64,000 nt of DNA from Candidatus Stammera capleta (GCA_036689505.1 CP144843.1:167107-231106), one strand, 5' to 3'. Counted from the first letter of the stretch, positions 10,780 to 22,718 are shown. Notes: generated from the sequence alone by a model not told the origin. Made by a program: numbers and translations.

Positions 10780-11526
10780 ATGAAAAAAAATTACTATAAC
10801 AATAATTATTTCGAAAAAAATAATAATAATAATGTATTAATTACTTATATGAGTAATGTATATGCATGAATGTCATTTGGTTTATTATTAACTGCATTAA
10901 CTGCATGATATACTATTAAAACACCTTTAATGTTAGAATTAATATTTTTAAATAAATTTTTTATTTTTATTTTATTAATTTTACAATTAATGATTGTATT
11001 AATATTATCTAATTCAATAAATAAATTAACAGCAAAAATAGCAATTTTATTATTTATAATATATTCTATATTAACAGGAATATCTATATCAAGTATATTT
11101 TTAGTATATACATATTCATCAATATGTACTTGTTTTTTTATAACTAGTATAATGTTTGCTATAATGAGTATATGAGGTCATACAACTAAAAAAGATCTTA
11201 CTAAAATAGGTAATTTATCTTTAATGTGTTTAATAGGTATATTATTATCAAGTATAGTAAATATATGATTAAAAAATTCATATATTATTTGAGCTACATC
11301 ATATATAAGTATAATAATTTTTACTATATTAACAGCATGAGATACTCAAAAATTAAAAGAAATAGGAAATAATATAATTATAAATCATAATGATCAATTA
11401 AAAAAATATTCTATATTAGGAGCTTTAATATTATATTTAGACTTTATAAATATATATATCCTAATATTAAAAATATTAGGAATAAAGTTAAATAAAAATA
11501 AAGAAAATAAAGAAGAAAAAAATTAA
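10780..11526 (+). CDS. ybhL: Bax-inhibitor-1 / YbhL-family inner-membrane protein, 248 aa
   Basis: YMSNVYAWMSFGLLLTALTAWY, LYSILTGISISSIF, TAWDTQKLK and KYSILGALILYLDFINIY match E. coli YbhL YMAQVYGWMTVGLLLTAFVAWY, LYSALTGLTLSSIF, TAYDTQKLK and KYSILGALTLYLDFINLF. There are 50 codons from ATG 10780 to the track ORF at 10930, in the same frame. Confidence 0.85.
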
Positions 11527-11531
11527 TATAA

Positions 11532-11582
11532 ACCTTCTTATATTATATAATATTATTAAATATTAAATAATATAAAGAAGGT
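11532..11582. terminator. GC-containing hairpin between convergent ybhL and ppa (candidate bidirectional intrinsic terminator)
   Basis: ACCTTCTT (11532-11539) pairs perfectly with AAGAAGGT (11575-11582). The stem is extended by ATATT/AATAT after a 1-nt bulge. A/T runs flank it on both sides. It is one of very few G/C-bearing palindromes in any spacer here. Confidence 0.5.
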
Positions 11583-11595
11583 AAATTTAAATATA

Positions 11596-12135
11596 TTAAA
11601 CTTTTTTTTTATTTTTAAAATTTATAAATGATTTTTTAATTATCTTTTTTGATTCATTAATATCATATCAATTATCAATTTCGACTCATTTATTTTTATT
11701 TAAAAATTTATAATTACTAAAAAAAAAATGTATTTTTCTTAAAATCAATTTAGATATATCAAAAATATCATGAATATCATTAAATTCACTAGTAATAGTA
11801 TAATTAGGAACAGCTATAATTTTATCATCTTTACCAGATTCATCAATCATTTTTAATAAACCTATAGGACGACTATGTATAATAACACCTGTCATAATAC
11901 TATAATTACATATTAATACAACATCTAAAGGATCTCCATCTTCAGATAAAGTTTTATTTATATAACCATAATTAAAAGGATAAAAAATCGGAGTATTTAT
12001 AAATCTATCTACTAAAATATTATTATATTTATTATTAATTTCATATTTAATAAAAGAACTTCCATAAGGAATTTCAATTATAGTAAAAATATCATTAGGT
12101 ATATCTAAACCACACGGTACTTTATTAAAATTCAT
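11596..12135 (-). CDS. ppa: Inorganic pyrophosphatase, 179 aa
   Basis: MNFNKVPCGLDIPNDIFTIIEIP...YEI...VDRF...FYPFNYGYINKTLSEDGDPLDVVL...PIGLLKMIDESGKDDKIIAVP is colinear with E. coli Ppa. I start at the second Met (12135), which aligns with E. coli MSLLNVPAG. The TGA at 11686-11688 matches the conserved KGKW. The stop is TAA at 11596-11598. Confidence 0.9.
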
Positions 12136-12235
12136 ATATATCCTTACTATTATAATTAACAATTTATTGATTTTTAAAATACATATAATATAATTATATA
12201 TTATATATTTAAATAAAATTTTAAAATAATATAAT

Positions 12236-13591
12236 ATGAATATAAACCTAAAAATTAAAAATATAAAAAAATATTATAAAAAAAATATTATTAAAACTTT
12301 TAAATTTATAAAATCATATATAAAATCAAAAATACAGATTAATGTAAAAACATTAATTGGAAAAGATATAAAAATAAAAAATCAAAAAATTGAAAATATA
12401 GAATTTAAAAATAATCAATCTATATATATTAAAATATATAAAAATAATAAGAAATGTACATTTATATGTAATAATTTTAAAAAAAAGACTTTATTAAAAT
12501 TTATAAAATATGTAAATAATACTATATATTTTACATCAAAAGATAAATATAATAAATTACCATCTAATAAATTATTTAATAAAAAATATAATAAAAATTT
12601 AGGATTAATATTTAATGATAATATTAATACAAACAATATAATAAATTTATGTAAAAATATTGAATTAAATTCAATAAATTTTAATAAAAATATTGTAAGT
12701 GACGGTGTTATATTTCAAAAATATACTTACTATAATTTTATATATAATAATTCAAACTTAATAAAATATTATATATCAAAAAATTATATAATTATAAATA
12801 ATATTTTTTATAAAAAATCTAATATTATGATTTATAATACTAAATATATATATAGACATAAATTATCAGATTTAATTTATTATTCTCATAAATTACCAAA
12901 AAAAACATGTATAGAATTAATTAATAAAATTAATCCAAAAAAAATTAAAACTCAAAAATCATCAATAATTTTTACAAAAGAAATAAGTTCTAAAATATTT
13001 AATTATTTATATAAATCTATAAAAGGATCTAACATATATAATAAAACATCATTTATGATTAATAAATTAAATAAAAAAATATTACCTAAATGATTAAATA
13101 TTATAGAAAATCCTCATTTATATAAAGGAATAGGATCAAAACCATTTGATAATGAAGGATTAAATACTAAAAAATATACAATTATCAAAAATGGTGTATT
13201 AAAAACATGAATTTTAAATACAAAATGATCTAAAAAATTAAAAATAAAAAATACATTTAATTCAGGAGGTATACATAATTGATGTTTCATAAAAAATAAA
13301 TTTAATAATATAACATTCAAAAATTTAATTAAAATTATGAATAATGGAATTATTATAAATAATATTTTAGGACAAGGAATAAATATTAATAACGGTATGT
13401 TTTCTAAAGGAGCTTCAGGATTTTTAATAAAAAATAAAAAAATTAAATACCCTATACATGAAATTACTATATCAGGAAATTTAATAAAATTATTTAAAAA
13501 TATTAAATATATTAGTAATGAAATAAATGAAAATTCTAAAATTAGAATTGGTTCAATATTAGTGTCAAATATACAAATAGCAGGTATATAA
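12236..13591 (+). CDS. pmbA: Metalloprotease PmbA (TldE)
   Basis: Track ORFs 12236..13093 and 13337..13591 are in the same frame and joined through three TGA codons. The C-terminus [38 protein letters not shown]...[12 protein letters not shown] matches E. coli PmbA [38 protein letters not shown]...GSVLLPEMKIAG. Confidence 0.88.
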
Positions 13592-13650
13592 AAATAATAT
13601 TTTATAAATAAAAATATATTAAGATAAAAAAATTTTATTAATATAAAAAT

Positions 13651-14739
13651 TTATATATTTAATATATTTTTACATTTTAAAATATCAAAAATTTTTGAAA
13701 GATATTTAATAATATTTATTTGACCTTTATTAATTCAAACTCTAGGATCATAAAATTTCTTATTAGGATTGTAATTACCATTTGGATTACCTAATTGAGA
13801 ATGTAAATAATATTTATTATCTCTATAATATTTTAATATACCAAACCAATAATTTCATTGAATATCAGTATCTAAATTAATTTTTACTACTCCATATTTT
13901 ATTGATTCTAAAATAATTTTATAATCTGTACCTGATCCTCCATGAAATACAAAATTTAAAGGATTAATTTCTTTTATAGAATTAAAATCTTTAACTAATT
14001 TTTGAGCATTTAATAATATTTTAGGACATAAAACTATATTACCTGGTTTATATACACCATGAGTATTACCAAAAGAAGCTGCTATTAAAAAATTATTACT
14101 AATTTTAATTAATTTATTATATGTAAATAAAATATCTTTAGGATTAGTATATAATTTACTAGTAGAAATATTACTATTATCTATACCGTCTTCTTCACCA
14201 CCAGTACAACCAAGTTCAATTTCTAATAATATATTAAATTTAGAAAATTTATTTAAATAATAACATGAAATATCTAAATTTTTTTTTAAACTATAATTAG
14301 ATAAATCAATCATATGAGATGTAAATAAAGATTTACCGAATGAACTATAATAATCTTTATTATATTCTAATAATCCATCTATTCAATTAAGATTTTCCTT
14401 TAAACAATGATCAGTATGTAAAATAACAGGAACTTTATAAAATAGTGAAGCTTCATGTATATATTTAGCTGCTAATATAGATCCAAAAATTGAAGATTTA
14501 AGTTTTGAAAATTCATTAAAATTACTATTTATAAAAAAACATGAACCAGAATATGAAAATTGTATTATAACAATAGTTTTATATATTCTAGCAGATTCTA
14601 AAATAGAATTAATAGTATTTGTATCTACACAATTTATAGCTATTAAAGCTATATTATATTTTTTAATTAAATAAAATATTTTATTTAAATTATTTCCTGA
14701 TATTACACCAGGTTTAATAAAGTTTAAAAAATTTTTCAT
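13651..14739 (-). CDS. fbaA: Fructose-bisphosphate aldolase, class II
   Basis: FIKPGVISG, VPVILHTDHC, LEIELGCTGGEEDG, AASFGNTHGVYKPGN, FVFHGGSG and YDPRVW are colinear with E. coli FbaA. Two track ORFs and a C-terminal extension share one frame with TGA at conserved Trp. All in-frame triplets were checked down to TAA at 13651-13653. Confidence 0.93.
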
Positions 14740-14771
14740 AATAATTATCTTTAAATTAGTATATTAATTAT

Positions 14772-15932
14772 TTAAATATCTAATATGGGCAAAGTTTTAT
14801 TTTCTATAAATTTTAAAAAAGCACCACCACCAGTAGAAATATAAGATATTTTATCTTTTATATTAAATAATTCTATTGCAGCAATAGTATCTCCTCCACC
14901 AGCAACAATAAAAGCATTACTTTTTATTATAGCATCAGAAATTTTTTTAGTACCCTTTCTAAAATTAGGAAATTCAAATACACCTACAGGACCATTTCAT
15001 AAAATAGTTTTAGCTTTTAATATTATTTTACAAAAATAATCTATAGTTAAATCACCTAAATCCATTATTTCTTCATCATAAGATATATCTTTTAATTTTT
15101 TATTATAAGATTCAGATAATTCTGAAAATTCTTTTCCTACTCTACAATCTAAAGGAAATAAAATATTATTATATTTATTCTTTAATTTTTTAGCTAAATT
15201 AATAAATTTAGGTTCATATAAAGATTTACCAACATTATAATTAATAGATATAAAAGTATTACAAATACCACCACCAACAATTAAATAATCAGAAACTTTA
15301 GCTAAAGAATTTAAAACATTAAATTTAGTTGATATTTTAGAACCACCTACTATAGATATCATAGGTCTTTTAGGTTTATTTATTATCTTATATAAAGACT
15401 TTATTTCTTTATTAAACAATAATCCTAAACATGATATTTTACAATATTTACAAATTCCATAAGTAGATGAATGCTTACGATGAGATGTTGCAAAAGCATC
15501 CATAACAAATATATCACATAAACTAGAATAATATTTAGATAATAAATTACAATTATTACATTCACCTTTATTAAATCTTACATTTTCTAACATAATAATT
15601 CTTTCATTTATATTATTTAAATTTAACTTATCATAATTATTAAAATAATTTTTAATAAATTTAATATGTAAATTTAAATTTTTTTCTAATTCTTTACATA
15701 TAGGTAATAAAGAATAATTACTATCATATATTCCTTCTTTAGGTCTACCTAAATGAGATGTTAAAATTAATTTTTTAGCACCTTTTTTAATTAAAAATCT
15801 TATAGTAGGAATACTAGATATAATTCTAGCTTTAGATATAATAATACCATTCTTTATAGGTACATTTAAATCTAATCTCACTAATATTATCTTATTTAAT
15901 AAATCTAATTTTTTTATATTTTTTAATAACAT
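14772..15932 (-). CDS. pgk: Phosphoglycerate kinase
   Basis: [41 protein letters not shown] and KTIL-W(TGA 14997-14999)[16 protein letters not shown]...[10 protein letters not shown] match E. coli Pgk. The stop is TAA at 14772-14774. The pgk-fbaA arrangement matches E. coli. Confidence 0.93.
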
Positions 15933-16003
15933 AAAACCTCCATAAATATATAAATAATATTATAAAACATTTTAAATATTATAAATAAATAATTATATAA
16001 TAT

Positions 16004-16513
16004 TTATATATTAAATATATTAATTAATATATTAGATGTTCAAATTTTTATAATTTTATTATTTAACTTATAACTATTATTATCATCTATTACTAAACCT
16101 AAAAAATATTTTTTAAATAATAAAGATTTTGAATTTTTAAATTTATATATATTATTTAAATATCCAATAATAATATTATTATTATTAAATATATTATATA
16201 AATAATATAAACCATCACAAAAAGTATAACTATAGTTTAATGAATCTCCACAACCAAATAAACATATAATTTTATTATTTAAAATAATATTTTTATTATT
16301 TTTTAAAAAATTATATCAATTATATTGTAATTTTCCATAATATCATGTAGAAGTTCCTAATATTAAAATATCAAAATTATTAAATTTATTTATATTAACT
16401 TTAGATATATTAAATACAGTACAATCAATATACTTATTAATATTTTCATATATTAAATAAGAAATTTTTTTAGTATTACCAGTACTACTACCAAAAAATA
16501 TACCAACTTTCAT
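16004..16513 (-). CDS. fldA: Flavodoxin (long-chain, FldA type), 169 aa
   Basis: No track ORF exists because the gene has several TGA codons. Read with code 4 it gives MKVGIFFGSSTGNTKKISYLI...FDILILGTSTWYYGKLQYNW...ICLFGCGDSLNYSYTFCD..., matching E. coli FldA GIFFGSDTGNTENIAKMI...[20 protein letters not shown]...VALFGCGDQEDYAEYFCD. All in-frame triplets were checked and there is no TAA/TAG from 16513 down to TAA at 16004-16006. Confidence 0.88.
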
Positions 16514-16631
16514 AAATTAATCTAATTATTAAATAAATAATTAATTATACAATATATAAAAATTTTTATAAATATAAAATATTTAATTAAATTAAATTTA
16601 AATAATATATTATAAATAAATTAATTACATA

Positions 16632-16657
16632 ATATATATATATATATATATATATAT
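16632..16657. repeat. (AT)13 dinucleotide microsatellite abutting and overlapping the rnz stop codon
   Basis: A perfect alternating AT run is read directly from the sequence. Its last T is the first base of the TTA (TAA on the minus strand) stop triplet at 16657-16659. Confidence 0.9.
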
Positions 16658-17568
16658 TAAATTTTTAAACTATAAAAATCATAAGCTATAAATGTATTAG
16701 GAAATATTTTAATACAATTTTTTAATATACATTTTAAATCCCTATAATTATATCTAGCACTTAAATGTGTTATTATTAATTTTTTAATACAATATTTTTT
16801 TGCTATATAAGCAGCTTGTAAATTAGTTGAATGACCTCTTTTATTAGCCATATTTTTATACTTATGATCTAAAGTAGCTTCATGAATTAATAAATCACAA
16901 TTAAATAAGCTTTTATAATATAATTTAATTGGTGATGTATCACCAAATATAAAAATTCTTTTACCTTTTACAATACCTTTTATATACTTACAACAATTAA
17001 TTTTTTTTCCATTTAATATAATACTATCACTATTTTTAATTATTTTATAAATAGGACCAGGAAATATTCCATCTAAAATTAATTTTTTAACATTTAAAGA
17101 ACCTTTTTTATCTAATTCTTTGATATAAAAACCATAACATTTAATAATATGATTTAATAAAAAACATTTAACTTTTAAAATACCATTATTGAAAATTTCA
17201 CCTTCTTCAATTTCATATATATTAATTGGATAATTAATATATGAATTAGTAAATTTTAATGAATAATTAATATATTTTTTAATCCCTTTACAACCATAAA
17301 TTTCTAATAAATTATTTGATTTATTTATAGATATTGTTGTTAATAAACCTATAATTCCTAATATATGATCAGCATGTAAATGAGTAATAAAAATTTTACG
17401 TATTTTAGTTATTTTAATATAAGATTTTAAAATTTGATGTTGAGTAGCTTCTCCGCAATCAAATAGTCATACTTCATAATTAGGGTTATCTAAAATAAAC
17501 GCTATACTTGTTACATTCCTTTTTAAAGTAGGACAACCAGCACTAGTACCTAAAAATTTAATAAACAT
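16657..17568 (-). CDS. rnz: Ribonuclease Z / RNase BN (metallo-beta-lactamase tRNA 3' processing enzyme), 303 aa
   Basis: MFIKFLGTSAGCPT...WLFDCGEATQHQ...IFITHLHADHI...LIHEAT...GHSTN...ITHLSARY are the RNase Z/ElaC motifs. All in-frame triplets from 16852 to 17568 were checked and are free of TAA/TAG. A TAA lies directly upstream of the ATG. Confidence 0.88.
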
Positions 17569-17797
17569 TAATATAAAACCTAAAATTAAATATTAAATAT
17601 ACCAAAAACTTATAATAATATATAAATATAAAATATTTTAATAAACTTATATATATATTAATAAATATAAAATTATAAAATAATTATAATATAAAATTAT
17701 ATAAAACAAATATTAATTAATAAATCTATATTATATAATATTATATATTATAAACTAATATTAATTTAAATAATAATTAAAATTATATACGACTAAA

Positions 17798-18697
17798 ATG
17801 ATTATTAAAAAAATAGGTATATTAACAAGTGGTGGAGATAGCCCAGGAATGAATGCTGCTATTAGAAGTATTGTAATCAGTTCAATTAAAAATAAATTTA
17901 AAATTTACGGTATATATTATGGATATGAAGGATTATATAAAAAAAAAATTAAAAAATTAAAATTTAAACATATTAATAATATAATTGATAAAAGCGGTAC
18001 TTTTCTAGGATCTTCTAGATTTGAAAAACTTAAAAATTTTAAAATAAGAGAAAAAATAATTAAAAATATTAAAAATAAAATAGATGTTTTAATAATAATA
18101 GGAGGAGAAGGATCATATAATGGAGCTTTAAAACTAAATAATATGGGTTTACCATGTATTACAATACCAGGAACAATAGATAATGATATAATTGGAACAG
18201 ATTATACTATAGGTTTTTCAAGCGCGTTAGAAATAATAGTTCAATATATAGATAATATAAAATATACATTATTATCACATAGAAGAATACTGATTTTAGA
18301 AGTAATGGGAAGAAAATGTGGAAATTTAGCTTTAAATTCTTATATATCAAGCGAAAATTGTTATGTTATAACTCCTGAAAACAAATTAAATATTAAAAAT
18401 TTAATAAAAAAAATAAAAAAAAATAAAAATAAATATTTAATAATTATAATTACTGAAAATATTACTAATATTCAAAAATTATTAATTAAAATAGAAAATA
18501 AAACTAATATAGAAACAAGATTTTCATCAATAGGATATATTCAAAGAAGCGCTAAACCTACTGCTTTTGATAGAATTTTAGCATTTAAAATGGGTAATTA
18601 TGCAATAAAATTAATTAAAAATAATATTACAGGAGTATGTATAGGAATAAAAAAAAATAAAATAATACATTATAATATTAATAATATTAAAAAATAA
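17798..18697 (+). CDS. pfkA: ATP-dependent 6-phosphofructokinase
   Basis: The 299-aa ORF is intact. IGILTSGGDSPGMNAAIR, GGEGSY, PGTIDNDI, GTDYTIGF, MGRKCGNLAL and SIGYIQR are the PfkA signature motifs. Confidence 0.93.
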   Translation: MIIKKIGILTSGGDSPGMNAAIRSIVISSIKNKFKIYGIYYGYEGLYKKKIKKLKFKHINNIIDKSGTFLGSSRFEKLKNFKIREKIIKNIKNKIDVLIIIGGEGSYNGALKLNNMGLPCITIPGTIDNDIIGTDYTIGFSSALEIIVQYIDNIKYTLLSHRRILILEVMGRKCGNLALNSYISSENCYVITPENKLNIKNLIKKIKKNKNKYLIIIITENITNIQKLLIKIENKTNIETRFSSIGYIQRSAKPTAFDRILAFKMGNYAIKLIKNNITGVCIGIKKNKIIHYNINNIKK

Positions 18698-18711
18698 TAG
18701 TAAATTAAAAT

Positions 18712-20316
18712 ATGATTAATAAAAATTTTATATATAGAATTATTAATAAAGACATAAAAAATAAAAAATATAAAAATATAATAACAAGATTTGCTCCAGA
18801 ACCAAATGGTTTTTTACATATTGGTCATATTAAATCTATATATCTTAATTATAATATAGCAAAATATTATAAAGGTAAATTTTTTTTAAGATTTGATGAT
18901 ACTAATCCTAATACAGAAAAAAATATATATATTAAACAAATAAAAAAAAATATTAAATGATTAGGATTAAAATGAAATGAAAAAACAAAATATGCATCAA
19001 ATTATTTTAATTTATATTATAAATATGCAAAAAAATTAATAAATAAAGGACTAGCATATATAGATGAACAATCTAAAGAACAAATTAAAATTAATAAAGG
19101 ATCATTTAATAAATATGGTATAAATAGCCCATATAGAAATAGAAACATAAAGGAAAATTTGATTTTATTTAAAAATATGAAAGAGGGTTTATATAAAGAA
19201 GGAAGTATATGTTTAAGAGCAAAAATAAATATGAAATCTAATAATTTATTATTAAGAGATCCAATTTTATATAGAATAAAATATAAAAAACATCCAAAAA
19301 CAAAAAATAAATGATGTATATATCCTACATATGATTTTGCTCATTGTATAGCAGATTCGATAGAAAAAATATCTCATTCAATCTGTACTCTTGAATTTCA
19401 AAATAATAGATTTTTATATAAATGAATAATTAAAAATATAGGAGTTAAACATATACCTAAACAATATGAATTTTCTAAATTAAATATTACTTATAATTTA
19501 ACTTCTAAAAGAAAAATAAAATTTTTAATAAAAAAAAATATTATTAATAAATGAAGTGATCCTAGATTACTAACAATTTCTGGACTTAAAAATAGAGGAT
19601 ATCAACCTAAAATAATTTTAAATTTTTGTAAAAAATTAGGTGTAAGTAAACAAGAAAATATTATAGATATATCAATATTAGAAGAATGTTTAAGAAAATA
19701 TTTAAACAAAAAGTCAGAAAGAAGAATGTCTATACTTAATCCAATTAAAATAAATTTAATAAATTTAAATAAAACAAAAAAAATTAATATATTTAAAAAT
19801 CCTATATGCCCTGAATTAGGAAAAAGAAAAATATATCTTAATAAAATTATTTTTATAGATAAAAATGATCTTAAAAAAATAATAAAAAAAAAAATAAAAA
19901 ATAATAAAAAAATATATATAAAATTAAGATATGCAGGAATAATAAAATTTATAAAAACAATAAATTATAAAGATAATAACAAATGTATAAAATGTAAATA
20001 TTATAAATATAATAAAAATTTTAATAAAAATAAAAATATTAAAATTATACACTGAATATCTAAAAAAAAATCTATAAAATCTAAATTTAGATTATTTAAT
20101 AATTTATTTAAAAGTAATAATCCTAATAAAACTAAAAATATATTAAATATAATAAATAAAAATTCTATATTAATTAAAAAAGGATATATAGAAAAAAATA
20201 TTTCAAATATTGATAATAAAATATTTCAATTTGAAAGAGAAGGATATTTTAAATTAAATAAAAAATTTAAAGAAAATAAAATAATATTTGATAGAATAAT
20301 TAAATTAAAAAAATAA
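18712..20316 (+). CDS. glnS: Glutamine--tRNA ligase, 534 aa
   Basis: [74 protein letters not shown] and FQFEREGYF are colinear with E. coli GlnRS. The track ORFs at 18712 and 19726 share a frame. An 88-codon read-through from TGA 20053 ends at TAA 20314-20316. Confidence 0.92.
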
Positions 20317-20421
20317 ATAAAATTAAAATATATATATAAAATATATATATATAAATATAATAAAATAAAAAATAAAAATTAAATTTTAAAATATTAAATA
20401 AAATTAAAATTTTATGAAATT

Positions 20422-21183
20422 ATGATAAATAAATTAAAAAATAAAATAATAAAAAATTTTAGTAATATTAATGAAAATATAAATATATCTATATATAATA
20501 TATATTATATAAATTCAAAAAATACATATAAATATTATATAAATTATATAAATAATATATATAATAATAAAAATTTAATTAAATTAATAAAAAAAATATC
20601 AAAAAAAACTAATTCAAAAATATTACATACATATAAATTAAATTATAAATTAAAATTAAATAAAAAAAAAAAAACAATAAATATTACTAAAAATATATTA
20701 TTATCATATTTATATAATAATAATAATATATGTATATATACATATATAGAAAATTATTCTAAAAATAAAATATATACAATTAGAACTGATATAAATATAT
20801 ATTCTTGTGGATTAATATCACCATTAAATTATATTAATAATATTATATTATTTTTTAAATCTGATTTAATAAATATAAACTATATAATAAATGGTTTTAC
20901 AAAAGATATAAATGGAAAAAAATATTTTATAAATAATAAAATTAGTTCTGTAAAAAATTTTATTAAAAAAAAAATAATAAAAAATTATGATTTTTTAGAA
21001 ATAAATATATATCAAGAAAACTTATTTAATATTAAAATGATAATTAAAAATATTAATATTAAAAATTATATATTTAAAAATTTAATAAAAAAAAAATATA
21101 TATTAAGTAAAAAAAAAAAAAACAAAATTATTAAATCTATTTTTAAAGAAATGTATGAAATATATTATTCTAAAAATACTTAA
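20422..21183 (+). CDS. Hypothetical protein, 253 aa, Lys/Asn/Ile-rich, no family recognised
   Basis: The frame is uninterrupted, with no TGA codon. It is far longer than chance allows in this base composition. The coding strand is A-biased like its neighbours. I could not match it by eye to any conserved motif: no P-loop, PP-loop, NPPY or signal peptide. Confidence 0.6.
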   Translation: MINKLKNKIIKNFSNINENINISIYNIYYINSKNTYKYYINYINNIYNNKNLIKLIKKISKKTNSKILHTYKLNYKLKLNKKKKTINITKNILLSYLYNNNNICIYTYIENYSKNKIYTIRTDINIYSCGLISPLNYINNIILFFKSDLININYIINGFTKDINGKKYFINNKISSVKNFIKKKIIKNYDFLEINIYQENLFNIKMIIKNINIKNYIFKNLIKKKYILSKKKKNKIIKSIFKEMYEIYYSKNT

Positions 21184-21195
21184 AAATAAATTAAA

Positions 21196-21942
21196 TTATT
21201 TTAATATTTTATAACCTTTTTTAGTAACTAAAATAGTATATTCATATTGAGCTGATAAAGATTTATCAATAGTTTTTACTGTTCAACCATCTTTCATTAA
21301 TTTTGTTTTACAACTTCCTATATTAATCATTGGTTCTATTGTAAAAATCATATATTTTTTAAATAAAAAATTATAATTATTTTTATAATGTAATATAATA
21401 GGATCTTCATGTAATTTTTTGCCTATACCATGACCACAATATTCTTTAACAACAGAATAACCAAATTTTTCAACATAATTTTGTATTGAATTACCTATTA
21501 AACTTATTTTATTACCAGGTCTTATGTGCTTTAAAGATTTAAATATACTTTTTTTTGTAATTTTACATAAATTAATTGATTCTTTACTTACATTACCTAC
21601 TAAATACATTTTAGATGCATCAGAATAATAATTATTTTTACATATACTAATATCAATATTAATTATATCTCCATTTTTTAAAAATTCATTATATTTTGGT
21701 ATACCATGACATACTACATCATTAATTGAAGTACAAATTGATTTTGGGTAGTTCATATAACCTAATGATGCTGGATATGCTTTATAATGATTTACTATTC
21801 TATCATAACAAATATTATCTATTTCTCCAGTTGATATACCTGGTTTAATAAAATTATTTATATAACTTAAAATTTCATGAACTATTTTAGAAACTAAAAT
21901 AATATTTTTTATATCTTTTGAATTATTTATTCTTATATACAT
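21196..21942 (-). CDS. map: Methionine aminopeptidase type I, 248 aa
   Basis: SICTSINDVVCHGIP, GDIINIDI, YCGHGIGKKLHEDP, FTIEPMIN and KDG-W(TGA 21283-21285)-TVKT...SAQYEYTILVTKKG match E. coli Map. It is divergent from rpsB, as in E. coli. The stop is TAA at 21196-21198. Confidence 0.92.
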
Positions 21943-22027
21943 ATATTTTAATAAATATAATTTAAAATAATATTATATTATAATATATAATATAATATAC
22001 ATTTATTTAAATAATTAAAATTATAAT

Positions 22028-22712
22028 ATGATAAATTTATCAATTAAAAAAATGATTAAAGCAGGAATACATTTTGGGCATCAAACTAAATTTTGAAATC
22101 CAAAAATGAAACCTTTTATATATACAAAATATAATAAAATACATATAATCAATTTAGTTAAAACTGTTAAATTATTCAAAAAAGCATTATATGAAATTAA
22201 AAAAATATTTATTAATAAAGATAAAATTTTATTTATAGGTACTAAAAAAAATACATCTGAATTAATAAAAAAAACAGCAAAAAAATGTAAACAATTTTAT
22301 ATAAATAATAGATGATTAGGAGGAACTTTAACAAATTGAAAAACCGTAAAAAAATCTATTAAATTATTTAAAGATTTAAAAGAAAAATTTAAAAATAAAT
22401 TTTTTAATAATTTAACTAAAAAAGAATATTTAAATAAAAAAAAAAAAATTTAAAAAATTATATAATAATTTAAATGGTATTAAAGATATGGGAGGTATAC
22501 CTAACGCAATATTTGTTATTGATGCAAAATACGAAAATTTAGCTATAAAAGAAGCTAAACAATTAAAAATAAAAATATTTTCTATAGTAGACACTAATAC
22601 AAATCCAGATAATATAGATTATATTATTCCAGGTAATGATGATTCCAAAAGAGCTATAAAATGATATTTAAATAAAATAAATAAATTATATAATATATAT
22701 ATAAAAAAATAG
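22028..22712 (+). CDS. rpsB: 30S ribosomal protein S2, with the reading frame broken by one extra A in an A13 tract (22436-22448)
   Basis: The N-terminal part is in frame 2: [32 protein letters not shown]...RWLGGTLTNWKTV...[12 protein letters not shown], then ATT TAA. The C-terminal part is in frame 0: [39 protein letters not shown]...[15 protein letters not shown], ending at TAG 22710-22712. Both halves are colinear with E. coli RpsB. The frames are fixed by track ORF 22106..22315 and by the tsf start at 22719. Confidence 0.9.
22436..22448 (+). other. A13 homopolymer at the rpsB frameshift site (candidate slippage site)
   Basis: With 12 A the product reads ...[26 protein letters not shown]. 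That gives 16 residues between KKE and GIKDMGG, exactly as in E. coli ([26 protein letters not shown]). Confidence 0.85.
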
Positions 22713-22718
22713 ATTTAT

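Noticed and set aside
12136-12162. The longer N-terminus for ppa (MLIIIVRIY...) given by the track ORF
   Set aside because: The second Met (12135) aligns exactly with the E. coli Ppa N-terminus (MSLLNVPAG against MNFNKVPCG). The extension is hydrophobic and unmatched.
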